Source of the DNA: Raja brachyura | Lineage: Eukaryota | NCBI GenBank assembly: GCA_963514005.1 | Contig: OY740796.1 | Coordinates: forward strand, 14,198,001 to 14,262,000 | Reading direction: 5' to 3' | Length of the DNA stretch: 64,000 bases | In this document: positions 47,088-58,570 of the stretch, one piece after another | How positions within the stretch are numbered: the first letter of the stretch is position 1 | Layout of the letters: each line of letters starts with the position of its first letter | Notes under the pieces: generated by a model | Told to the model about the DNA's origin: nothing | Databases searched by the model: none | The model's input: only the letters and a program-made list of their open reading frames with translations | Translations under genes and position numbers: made by a program

Positions 47088-48660
47088 ACGGGGAACTGCA
47101 GATGCTGGTTTTCCAAAAATTAGACACAAAGTGCTGGAGTAACTCAGCAGGTCAGGTGGCATCTCTGGAGAACATGGATAGGTGATGTTTTTAGGTCGGG
47201 CCCTTCTTCAGACTGATTGTAAGAACGGGGGAAGAAAGCTGCAAGAAAGGAGGGGCAGGACAAAGCCTGACAAGTAAAGTGGATACAGGTAAGGGGGTGC
47301 TATGATAGCCAGGTGGTTGGGCAAAGGCCAGAGATGAGAAGACAGAGAGTGTGAGACGAAAGGTTTGAAGAGTTGCAAAATATGAAGCTGGAGGAGTGGA
47401 AGAGGAGGGGGAAATGGGTGCGTGTCCTGGTGGGGTTAGTGTGGTGGGACGAATGTTGTTTTTTTGTTGTTACCTAAAATGGGAGATTTCAATGTTCATA
47501 CTGTTGGGGTGTAAGCTACCCAAGCAGAATATGAGGTGCATGTCCTCCAGTTTGCATGTGGCCTCACTCTGGCAATGGAGGAGGCCCAGGAAAGAAAGGT
47601 CAGTATGGGAATTGGAGGAGGAGTTAAAATTGTTAGCAACCGGAAGATCCCGTAGACCTTGGTGGGCCTTAGGCATGCGTTCAGTGAAACTGTCACTAAG
47701 TCTGCGCTTGGTCTCACTAATGTACAGGAGGCCACAACAGGAACTACATATGCAATAAATGAGGTTAATGGAGGTGAGTGTGAACGTCTGTCTCATCTGT
47801 AAGGATTGCTGTGGTCCCTGGATTGAGATGAGGTAGGAGGTGTGGGGACTAGTGTTACATCCTGGAGTTGCAATGGAATGTAGCTGGGGAGATGGTGGTT
47901 TGGGTGGGAAGGGATGAGTGAACCAAGGAGTTGTAGAGGGAGCGGTCTCTGCGGAAGGTGGGAAGGGGTGTGACAGGAAGATATGGCTGATGGTGGGATC
48001 GCATTGGAGGTGACAGAAATGTTAGAGGATGATGTGTTGGATGCGGAGGCTGGTGAGGCAAAATGTAAATATCAGGGGAGCTCTATCCTTGTTCCATCTA
48101 GGAGGACGGGGAACAAGAGCAGGACTATGTGACGCAGATAAAACACAGGTGAGGGATTCATCTACAATAGCAAGGGAGAGCCATGTTTACTAAAGAAAGA
48201 CGACTTTAGATGTCCTACAATGAAAGCCTCATCTTGAGAGCTAATGTGACGGAAACATTGAGAGTAGGGAATAGTATCTTTGCAAGAGGCAGAGTGGGAG
48301 GAGGTGTAGTTCAGGTAATTGTGGGAGTCGATAGTAGATGTCATTTAATAGTCTGTCTCTTATGGTGGAGACAGAGATTAAGAAAGGGGAGAGAGGTGTC
48401 AGATAGTCCAAGTGAATTTTCCGGCAGGATGGAAGTAAGTGGTAAAGTTAATTTAATCAATTACTTCTGCACGGGTGTAGAGAGTTGGGGATGGTGCCAG
48501 TATACGTTTGGACAAGGGCATTTCGACGTAACCAACAAAAAGGCAGTCATAGCTGGGGCCCATGAGAGTGCCCATTGCTGCACTTTAACGAAGAAAGTGA
48601 GAGGAGTCAAAAGATAAGTTGTTGTGGGTCTGGACAAGTTTCGCAAGGTGGAGAAGAGTG
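47088..48660 (-). mobile_element. Penelope-like element, decayed RT and GIY-YIG endonuclease
   Basis: NLIYCICSSCCGLLYISETKRRL (GIY-YIG), HNYLNYTSSHSASCKDTIPYSQ, and an AMGT.MGPSY.CLFVGY-like RT motif near 48520-48580. Frameshifted. Confidence 0.9.
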
Positions 48661-51394
48661 TTAGTAGAAATTAATTGGGTCTCTGTTCTGAGAATGCATA
48701 TAAAATGCTGCCAGTTTGCAGCCTAAGGTCTTTGTCGAAGATCACAATTGTAAATGAACTCTACAGGATCAGTCCACTGATTTCCACTGTTGAAAATCCA
48801 TGCGCAAGGTTATTAGTAACAGCTCCTTATTTGCAGTGTTTTATAGTGTTTGCATGTTCACATGATCAATTATAGAGGCTAAGTACCATAAATAGACAAC
48901 TTTGATAGTTCCATAAAATTGGCGCACTTAAATTTTTAAAAAATGGTGCTGTGGAATGCATTTCCATTCTGAGCTAAGTATTGTATTCTCTAGTTCAAAA
49001 ATGAGACAATATGATAGACAATAGGTGCAGGAGTAGGCCATTCGGCCCTTCGAACCACCACCACCACCATTCAATGTGATCATGGCTGATCATCCACAAT
49101 CAATGTGGCAATGCCTTGCAGCTAAAAAAAATATCCTCCTCTTCCACCTGCTTCATTTTATTTATTTGCTTAGGCAGTCCTTAAGCAACACCAATTTAAT
49201 TGCTCAGAGATCCATAAGTATGTACATAAACTTTATCTTGATTTTAGTCTTCCTGAATAGTTTAATTATTTTGGGCAGATTGGCACAACCAGTTCTGTTT
49301 TCCAACTGCAGCCTCAGAAATGTAATGTAAATAAATAAAACTATGCCTTTCAAGAGATTTAATTCAATCAGTCTTTTAAACGTCACAGACTCAAGGTTTA
49401 CAATTTGGCCTGCCTTAGACCAGGTTTCCTCCCCTACCTTGCTAGCTAGCCAGCTGGCTGGCTGACTGACTTGCTCCAATCTTAAGTGTTCACAGGAAAT
49501 GGAATGCAGCACCTATGATTGTTTTTTACCATACGGCAGGCCAAACAATGACCCTGTCTTCCAAGAGTTGATTCTTGGCAAGGCACCACGTGCTGGGTTC
49601 ATATCAATGCTTCTCTACAGTTTTCTGGAGTCTCCACACTAATATTCATCATGTAAAGAATTCTGATTTCAACTCATTTGGATTCCTGGGTGTACTGAAG
49701 TTACGTATGTGGAGAAGAAGATGGAGCATAATGCAATGAAATATGAGCTTCAATTTGCAAGGACAAATATAAAATATTTTTGTTATAGCTGGTGGGTGGT
49801 AAACGTATGTGTGCAGAAGGCTCTTAGTCCGTTGGTTCACGAAATACAAGTAAACGTGTAGGTATATCAAGAAATTAGGATGTTAAATTGGTTTGTTTGC
49901 CTTAATTCCAGGACCAAATGTATAGAAAGACCCGCTGTAGTTATAAAGAAGTTTGCTGACAAAACAAAAGTTTTGTGTGCAATTTTGGTCTTCATATTTA
50001 TGTAATAATGTTTGTCTTGGAATTGTTAATTGTTGGAATCACTGGATTGTGTCTTGACATGAGCTAGTTGAGTTGTTGAATAAATTTGACCTATGCATGG
50101 TGTAATTTAGAAGAATATGAGGTGACCGTGTTCCGACAGTGGGATTTGAGAAAGGTTGGCAGTATGAATGCTGAGAGACACAATAGACTACAGGTGCTTT
50201 AGCTTTGAGCAAAAAACAAATTACCGGAGGAACTCAAGCAGCAGATTGAGGAAAATGGACAGTCAACATTTCGGGATGTGGCCTACAATATGGACTCGGT
50301 CCATTTTCCTCCACAGATGCTGCCTGACCCCCCCCCCCCCCGAGTTCTTCCAGCAGTGTGCTAGATGCTCAGAAACTGTTTCCTGCAGCGAGGTGTCATA
50401 ACCTAGTCACTGGATTCAAAGTTTGAATTGAGAGATCTGAAATTAGGACTTTCTTTACTCAGTGTGTTGTGAGGCTTGCCATTCTCTACCCCAGAGTTGT
50501 TATGCTTAGTTGTTGAATATATACAAGTGTTTGATAGACTTTTAGACACTAATGGAATCTACTAATATGGGATTCAGTAACAAATAAACAGGATTAATCA
50601 AAATCTTCTTGAAAAACAAAGGTAGATTGAGCAGTCACATGGTTTTCACCTTACTTGATACTTACATTCTTATCTGAAACCTATGCTACATTTCATGCCC
50701 GCTGTTCTGTGAACTTAACCCTTGGAGATCCACAATAACGTTTTTAGTACGAAATGTATTAAAGATCGTGTAGGTTCAAAGCCAAAAATCCACTTCCTCT
50801 CGGAAGAAGTATCTCTCATTAGTGTACAAGCCTACCCGTGTTAACATTAATTTTTATTCTTAGTAAAAAGAAGACTGAGTGCCATTCTGACTCTTTCCCA
50901 ATGAGAAATAAGTTTAGTTGCGTGAGATCTCTCTTGATATTTAAGAAGCTGCAAGTTTTGAATTACTTTTATTCCACTTTAGCTGTCAACTGATGTATTA
51001 GGGAAACATCCATACCAGCTTGTAAACCTTTTATGTTAAGTCGTAGACATTAACCTCTTCAGTGGAATAAGAATTTTGGAATAAATAGTCTCTTCAGAAG
51101 TAAAATGTTTCATTTGGGCTCATCTGCCTTAAGTTTAAAGACACAGCATGGAAACTGGCCTAGTTTAAACATAATTTAATCATGTATTTTGTATGTTCCT
51201 TTGCTTTTATCAGCTGTTAACAAGAATATGCATAGGTAATGTAGTCAATTATAGTGCAGCCGCATATGTTTGATCACCGAAACCAAAAATTGCGGTGTGG
51301 TTGAAAAATCTGAATGGACATGTGAAATACTTAAAATGGGTTTAACCTATTTAAGAATCTGAAAAGATAAAAGCTTACGTACTATATCCCCCAG

Positions 51395-51504
51395 GTACGG
51401 CACATGATTGCTGATGGAATGATTCACCTTTGTATATATGCCATCACAAACATCCCAAAGGACAATGAGGTGACGATTGGATTTGACTATGAATACAGTA
51501 GCTG
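51395..51504 (+). CDS. SETD5: SETD5 exon, SET domain C-terminal part ([37 protein letters not shown])
   Basis: cccccag| acceptor, TG|gtaagt donor, 110 nt, EVTIxFDY motif. Confidence 0.95.
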
Positions 51505-51595
51505 GTAAGTGTGATCAGGAATATATAGATTTATTAAAATGTTTAAAATAAAAATTAGAAACAAAATTATAGAAAAAAATATTATTGCAAGGACT

Positions 51596-51816
51596 GACAC
51601 AAAATGCAGGACAGGCAGCATCTCTGGAGAGAAGAAATGGGTGACGTTTCGGGTCGAGACCCTTCTTCAGACCCGAATCTTCAGATCTGAAGAAGGGTCT
51701 TGACCCAAAACGTCACCCATTCCTTCTCTCCAGAGATGCTGCCTGTCCCGCTGAGTTATTGTAGCATTTGTGTCTAACCTTCGATTTAAACCACCATCTG
51801 CAGTTCTTTCCTACAC
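51596..51816. mobile_element. Palindromic Penelope-derived short element with hammerhead cores on both strands
   Basis: Inverted arms, cores at 51643-51670 (minus, intact) and 51687-51714 (plus, G12 mutated), 15-bp TSD ATTATTGCAAGGACT (51581-95, 51817-31). Confidence 0.85.
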
Positions 51817-52200
51817 ATTATTGCAAGGACTTGCAGCCCAGAGACTGTAGTGAGACTATCTAATTCCCTCATCACCACTCACTCATAAACAGTGCAAATA
51901 TGGAGTTAATGACGATATTTAAATCAAACGATGTTTGTGTGCAGAAGAGTTAGTGGACTGGGTGTGGGATGGAGTCGGAGGCAAGGAAGATCAGAGGGAG
52001 CAACAAATTGCATCCTGCGTGTCCAAGAAAGAATAGTTTGCCAACTGGAGAAGGAAGATAATGAATAAACTGCAGATGCTGGTTTACCAAGGGAAAACAG
52101 AAAATGCTGGAGTAACTCAGCGGGTCTGGCAGTATCTCTGGAGAACATGGATAGGCCACGTTTTGCGTCGGGACCTTTATTCAAATTGAAGTCCATCAGT

Positions 52201-52228
52201 CTGATGAAGGGTCCCGACCCGAAACGTC
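52201..52228 (+). ncRNA. Minimal hammerhead ribozyme core (Penelope type)
   Basis: CUGAUGA-A-GGGUC(CC)GACCC-GAAAC-GUC has both conserved boxes and a 5-bp stem II. Stem III is reduced to the palindrome ACGU and stem I is weak. Confidence 0.6.
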
Positions 52229-52870
52229 GCCTATCCATGTTCTCCAGGGATGCTGCCTGACCTGCTGAATTAATCCAGCATTTAGTGCCTTTGCTGAGGA
52301 TAATGAGGAAGTACTTTTCAGCAGCATATCTGACAAAAGGGCAACATTTCTATATGGGTAGTAGAAGAGTAGAAGAACATTTTGCGACTAGAACTACAAT
52401 AATCCAGCATCCATTCATCTGGTTCCGCATCTGGCTCGCGCTAACGCCCAGAATGCGAGCCAGAGGTCAACAGTGTAAGATGGTTGTGTATCCAGAGCCA
52501 GGATCCAGCAAGGACCAGTGCAGAGATTCCTGTGCCTTTAAAGTTCAGCCATGTTCTTATCAAATGGTGGAGCTGGCTAGAGGAGGCATGTGACCTACTC
52601 CAGCTACTACTTGGCAGCTGGAATTCCTCAAACCTTTCTGTGGCTGTGAAGTCTTCTATTTTTGTGACACCTCTCTCAAACTTGTAACTTACTTAACATC
52701 CCCGATTAATACAGAGAACTTATGCATCTTCATTGGAGTAGTACAACTTTTATGTGAAATATGTGCAGGAAAAAATGGTTAAGTATATTCAATTGTCAAT
52801 GATTTGCACCTCAAAATGAACCGGATAGATTAATTTATTTATTTTGTTTTAATCTTTCACTTCATAATAG

Positions 52871-53120
52871 TAAATATAAGGTTGACTGTGCCTGTCACAA
52901 GGGGAACCAGAATTGTCCTGTACAGAAACATAACCAGGGATCGATGGAGCCCCCAGTAGGCGCAGAGACACGGCGGAGAAAAGCCAGGCGGAAAGAATGG
53001 GAGATGGAGTCTGAGCTCAATCAGGGCTCTGATGAAAATAGCAGTCAGCAACAGGAGGAAGCGGCAGAACCTAAAGACCAACAGGAGTTACCTGCACAAA
53101 ATCCAGCAAGTGACAGTGAG
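52871..53120 (+). CDS. SETD5: SETD5 exon, post-SET region ([21 protein letters not shown]...[13 protein letters not shown]...ASDSE)
   Basis: aatag| acceptor, GAG|gtatgg donor, 250 nt, CxCxxxxxxC post-SET motif and [11 protein letters not shown]. Confidence 0.95.
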
Positions 53121-54324
53121 GTATGGACACACATGCTAAGGAAAGTAACTGGTGCAGTAGAGTTTGTCCAGATATATGTGAAGTACATTTGATCATTTTT
53201 ATCTATCTGCATCTAAAACAGTGACAAACTACCTTTGTTTTTCTTTACTAATTTTGTGTAACAATTGAAAACGAAAAGGGAGATACCAACAAAATTACAG
53301 ACTAGAAGAGGGGATAAGTATATCAAGGCAAAAACATTTTTGAAATACATTTGTGCAAAATTAGTCTAATGTAAAAAGCACTGACTAGTTTTCTGTTGAT
53401 TCAATTGCTGAACATCAAGTCAGACTTCTTAAACTTTGTAGAATAGTTTGATTCTACAACCATTTTTTCCCCCCTTTCCCATGATGCAAATGCCATAGGC
53501 AATGCCAGCATTATTGCTCATTCCTAATTGGACCTTAACTAAGGAGACTGTTATGAATCAGAATATTTGTCTCCTTTGCATGTAATCATCCAGCAATACA
53601 GATTCTGGCAGCTTGGTAAGGTTGAGTTATTAGCCCAGGGTTCATGAACTTAAAGTATAGGATAGTAATAGTTAGTGGAGTTACGCCCAATAGCCATGAC
53701 GATATTTATTCCTCGGAAAGTATTGGAAGTAATCGTGCTGCTTTCTGTAATAACTTGACGTTTCTTGTTGCTATACCTTGGAAATCCTTAATAATTAGCA
53801 TTTAGAGCAGGTTTTTTGTGACAAATATGGTGTGTGTAGTTACACTACATTAACTTTATTAAGAATCCACTAGATGAATAATAAAATTCTTCTGATTTCA
53901 TGAATTAAATCAATCCAATCAATAATTAATGTATCTATACTGTATGTACTATGCAGAAAGAGATAACTACGGTTGTATAGGTTTAACTAAATGGTTATAA
54001 AACAGTGCAAAACTTTGACAACTTCCACTCAAGATGACTTCAACTCAAAAACTAACAGGTTTATGAGTTGCTGCTTGTTTTTAAAAAAATGTGAGGAGGA
54101 GAAAAAGGTAAATAATTCAAGCAAAAGCTAACAATTTAGTGGTTGGGTTCTTTTATGATGTCACAAGGCTGGGCTGTGACATAAGTAATATCATTATGGG
54201 AGTAAAATATTAGTTTATATTTTACTGATAGCGTTGAGAAACATCACATTAGTTTTGCAATTGTGTTGCTGGCAGTTTTTAAGTGCAGTACAACTCACTG
54301 TGTCGCCTAATCCTCTGTAAATAG

Positions 54325-54420
54325 GAAGGTCCTGGAGAAGGAGATCAAATAAAAGTTGAAGAAGAAAACGAAGAGTCAGAAATGGATGAACAACTCCGTG
54401 CCTTAGCACAGAATAAACTG
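54325..54420 (+). CDS. SETD5: SETD5 acidic exon (EGPGEGDQIKVEEENEESEMDEQLRALAQNKL)
   Basis: aaatag| acceptor, CTG|gtaagg donor, 96 nt, phase 0-0. Acidic composition at the expected position. Confidence 0.82.
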
Positions 54421-54718
54421 GTAAGGGACATTCGGAGAAAAATAAATTTGAGAGGTGAAGAATTTCTCAGCAACTGGAGCTCTTGCAACCATATCATACG
54501 CCTAGCAAGCAGTGCCATGGCACCTACGGGTGTAGGGAAAATAATTTGTTCATTTAGAAGGAATAATGTTTTCAAAAAACATAATGATCATTTGATATGG
54601 AGGAAAAAGATCACCTATGCAGGCTACTGTATTTGGCAAAGCGAAACGTATAACAATAAGATGCTTTTGCATCGGACAAAATGTGTGACCGGAAAATAAT
54701 AGCTTGTAAAATCATATA

Positions 54719-55124
54719 CAGGTCCACCACCGATTTTCCGGCGCCCTTTGTTCCAGAGCCTTTCTGGATTATCTGTTTTGATGGGCCAACAGAGGTTATG
54801 GCCTCCATGAGGAGACCAACGATACTGGAACGGTCCTCCTAGGCCGCTGTGGGGCCGAGATACTGGCCCGCAAATTCTGCCTCCGAAGTCAACTTTGGGA
54901 ACGGATCTGCCGGCTTCATCGGGCTGGAGTTCCAGAGCCCGGGCAAATCGCCGATCGGCGTGGAAGTCCCAATGAGATTGAAATCGGCCTCCGTACCTGG
55001 CAAATGCGGTAGATTTACGGGGGTCATCTGGGGGGGGGGGGAATTTCAATTGTGCTCTCATGATTTGTTATGGACTAAAGGAGATTTTTGCAGAGTTGCT
55101 GGTGAATCGGTGGTGGGCCGGCTG
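54719..55124. mobile_element. Tigger/pogo-like MITE
   Basis: TA-CAGGTCCACCACCGATT ... AATCGGTGGTGGGCCGGCTG-TA imperfect TIRs with TA flanks. Confidence 0.65.
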
Positions 55125-56685
55125 TATAATGACTCTTAACATTACTGAAAACAGTCACTGCTGGCTATACTGCTGTAAATGATGGGAGTGTTTTAACTCG
55201 GCCAGAACTATTTCTGTGACAAGGAAACTGTGCACTTGCACAGTGTTCTACAAATTAGGTCCACATACATTTGAAATACAGAGTGCTGACTATAACTTGA
55301 AGGTAGACAAAAATGCTGGAGAAACTCAGTGGGTGAGGCAACATCTATGGAGCAAAGGAAATGGGCAATGTTTTGGGTCAAGACTCTTCTTCAGACTCAA
55401 GGCTGACTATAACTTAGTGTTTTCCTGTGTATATGTTAATACGGCATTACCAATCTGACTGCTGTTATAAATCAGGTTTTTTGTTAGAAATGAGCAGTGA
55501 TGTACAGTCCTCATGATCCATTGATTTGCTATTTATAGATCGGTGTACTTGTGAGTTTGGTCGGTCTTGCTCAAATCTTTTGATGAAAAATATCTTTTAT
55601 ACAAATGCAAATTGAGGAACCAATCAATGCCTGTATAAATATCATGATCAGTTTCTAGACTTTTGTGTCATTTGGCCTCCTGTTGAGTACAGTTCTCTAA
55701 CACAGCTCCACTTCTATGTTTCAAATGTTTACGCTACTTTTAGATTTCAATACAAATCACATTTTCTATTGCTGGATGATATATTTTGCATTTAGGTAGT
55801 TCTATACTTATTAAAGTATAGAACTACCTAAATGTTTAGTAATGCATTCTGATGATTTTAGGACATGGAGTGTATTACAGGGTACGGAGGAGAGGATCAT
55901 AGTGACATCCATGTTTTTTGTGATCTGTGGGAAGCCTCAGCCCTTTCTCTTTCAGATCATGAAGACATGGTGAAAACAGTTTATAACGGCTCCAATTTAA
56001 TGCTGGTAATACATCCGATATTTTTTCTAAGAATTATTCCACTTCAAAATAGATTTTGCAGTTGGTTATTTATTGATCTTAGTAAAGCAAATATGTGAAT
56101 GGTATATTATGCTCATTACCACCAATCAGTCAATGGTGATGTACCTTTTCTGGTTTGTTGACCTCGATTGAAGGCTGAAGTGTGTTGATGATGCAATTTG
56201 GGTATCTCCATTCCTAAGTCTATCTCTTACTCCAAAAGGCAACGGCCGCATCTAGTTATCCTGAGAAGGAAATAGATGCTTGTCAGCCTAGTCTGAGAAC
56301 ATTAACATACAATTGTTGAAGTTGCATATCGGTTCTGAAGGATTGTGCTAAGGATGTTAGAAACAGTTCATGAGCTTTTGTCTCCTCCTCGTGATAGACC
56401 ACATCTCAGGTTTATTGAATTCATTTTCACATCCTACCATGGTGGCATTTGAACACTCAAACTCCAGTCTGCTGTTTAAGGACCTGGCCATCATTTTACT
56501 GACTGTGTTTAGCAAGCTTTGTCTAATCAAGACTTACCTTCTACTTTTTGCAATAAAGGGAGCTGTTGCTATGGTCAGAATACATTAGTTGTATATAGCA
56601 TTATCCAAACGTTTGTTGTGTTGGAATCCGTCTACATCGAATAATTATTCAGCCCATCTAGACCCTGGCAACAGAGCCTTGCTGC

Positions 56686-56822
56686 TGCTTCTTGCGTATG
56701 GCGTGCACAGCCTAAAGTTGTAGAACAACCTGTTCTATTTGATCTTATTTGATTGTGCACGCCAGGTTGATTGCATTCGTTGAAACAGGGCGGACCATGT
56801 GAAGGTTGCAATCTCCCACCCC
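56686..56822 (-). mobile_element. 137-nt ribozyme-headed SINE-like retroposon
   Basis: 13-bp TSD AGAGCCTTGCTGC (56673-85, 56823-35), 5' HDV-like fold, 3' stem-loop and CCATACGCAAGAAG tail. Confidence 0.8.
56769..56822 (-). ncRNA. Minimal HDV-like (delta-like) ribozyme
   Basis: GGGGUGG(P1) GA GAUUGCA(P2) ACC(P3) UUCACAU(L3) GGU(P3') CCGCCCU(P1') G UUUCAA(P4 remnant) C GAA UGCAAUC(P2'). All helices pair in the nested double-pseudoknot order. Confidence 0.78.
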
Positions 56823-57095
56823 AGAGCCTTGCTGCATAGGTGTCGGCATGTGATGGCATTTCTTTCTGCTGATGAATACAAAAAAAATGTGCTGAAATTG
56901 TGATTGTACAGAAGCGAAGTACATCCTCACGTGTTGACATACCATTTCATTGCAATTATTATGCATTGTTGTGTGCTGTTATTAAACTTTCCAAGAACTC
57001 ATTCCAAAATAGTTTTAGCAGAATTAAACTGATTTGCCGGAAGGTAAAATGCCGTAGATACTGAAAATATTTGAGGAAAAACAGCTGTCTACATG

Positions 57096-57896
57096 AGTGA
57101 CAACATCCATCGCAAGACCACAGATTCCTATAGCTACCCTGACTATATCTCTTCCCACTCTTTCTTCCACATGGACTCTATTCCATTCGCTCAGTTCCCC
57201 TGTCTCTGACATATCTGCTCCAATGATGAGTTTTGCCACACAAATGCTTTGCAGTGTTTTTCTTCATCTTAATACATTGCTTCCATTCTGCCATAGTTGT
57301 CTATGCCCTTGACCACATCGCTTCCATTTCCCGCACCCTCCAGAAGCAATTCTCCTGCTTCTGTATTTAACAAACCATGAAGTGTAATTTATACTGCCTT
57401 CAACGAGATTCTAGTACCAAATACACATTTTCTGTCCCACACCGTTCCACGTGCAGAAAGGATTTTTCTCTTTGCAACTCCCTGGTCACTCTTCCTTTTC
57501 CTCAAACCAGTCTCACCTCACATCACTTTTCCATACAACCATAGGAGATGGAATACCTTCCCTTTTACTTCTTCCCTTCCTATCGTCCAAGGACCCAAAT
57601 ATCCTTTCCAGGTGAGGCAGCGATTTGTTTGCACTTCCAGTCTAGTGCTGTTCACTATTTGATGTTCACTGAGTAGCCTCCTTTACATTAGAGAATCAAG
57701 CACAGTTTGGGTGACCACGATTTGGCGCACCTGCTTTCAATCTGCAGTGATAAACCAAGATCATATTCTCTGCCACTTTAAATCTATGAACTGATATATC
57801 AAGGTGCAATGTAAACTTGTGAAATAGCACATTATCCTCTGTCTGGCCACACTGCAGCCTTCCAGACTTAAAATTGAATTCTGTTACTTCAGATAA
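57096..57896 (+). mobile_element. Old Penelope-like element fragment
   Basis: Collinear, in opposite orientation, with 47470-48340. Ends with a degenerate ...IEFCYFR* equivalent of the PLE ORF end. Confidence 0.65.
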
Positions 57897-58109
57897 CTTC
57901 CACTTTCTGTATTCTGTCTCTACATTTCCCTCATCAACCTGTCAACCACAAGACTCATTTACAGCTAATCCTTAGGACAGCCCTGGTCTTATCCCGCAGT
58001 CCTTGTGAATTCTGGGCTCATCCTATTGGAGATGTGCACTATGCCATATTCATCCCTCCTTAACCCACTCTGCAATCTAAAGCAAACTTGTTTTCTTTCT
58101 TGCTTTGTT

Positions 58110-58279
58110 ATAAGCGAGTTCGGTATGCCGACTGCGCATGCCCAGGTCAAAGGTCACTGTGCTGAATCCGTCCCCGTCACCTCCACCTCATGGGCGTCTC
58201 GTCCCTGTCTGGGGCCGGCCGGAGGAGGCCGAGTTACTGCTTTGTGTCTATGGCTGGTGCTCGGCTTTCACCGGCACCA

Positions 58280-58314
<35 letters not shown>

Positions 58315-58570
58315 GGTTGGCCGCTGGTCGTCCCCGGCCTGTCGGGGAGCGGGTTTGGGCTGCCACTTCTTAATACGACAAAATAATCTTAGCTTTTAAC
58401 ATAGGGACAATAAATACATCTATTTCATAGTTTGAAAGCGGTATTTTCTAACCTAGAAGGATCAAGGATGGAAAAAACGGAAGAAATGAAGGTCCACTGC
58501 TTTCCAGGGGTGTTTATGCATAGTGACCTTTGACCCAGGCATGCACAGTCGGAATAACGAACTCGCTTAT
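58110..58570. mobile_element. Unclassified MITE with ~49-bp TIRs and an internal poly-G run
   Basis: ATAAGCGAGTTCGGTATGCCGACTGCGCATGCCCAGGTCAAAGGTCACT and its imperfect reverse complement at 58522-58570. A second copy's end lies at 1-43. Confidence 0.78.

Noticed and set aside
51392-51400. Recursive splice site CAG|GTACGG at the exon start
   Set aside because: The GT is explained by the conserved Val codon, the donor match is weak and the intron is short.
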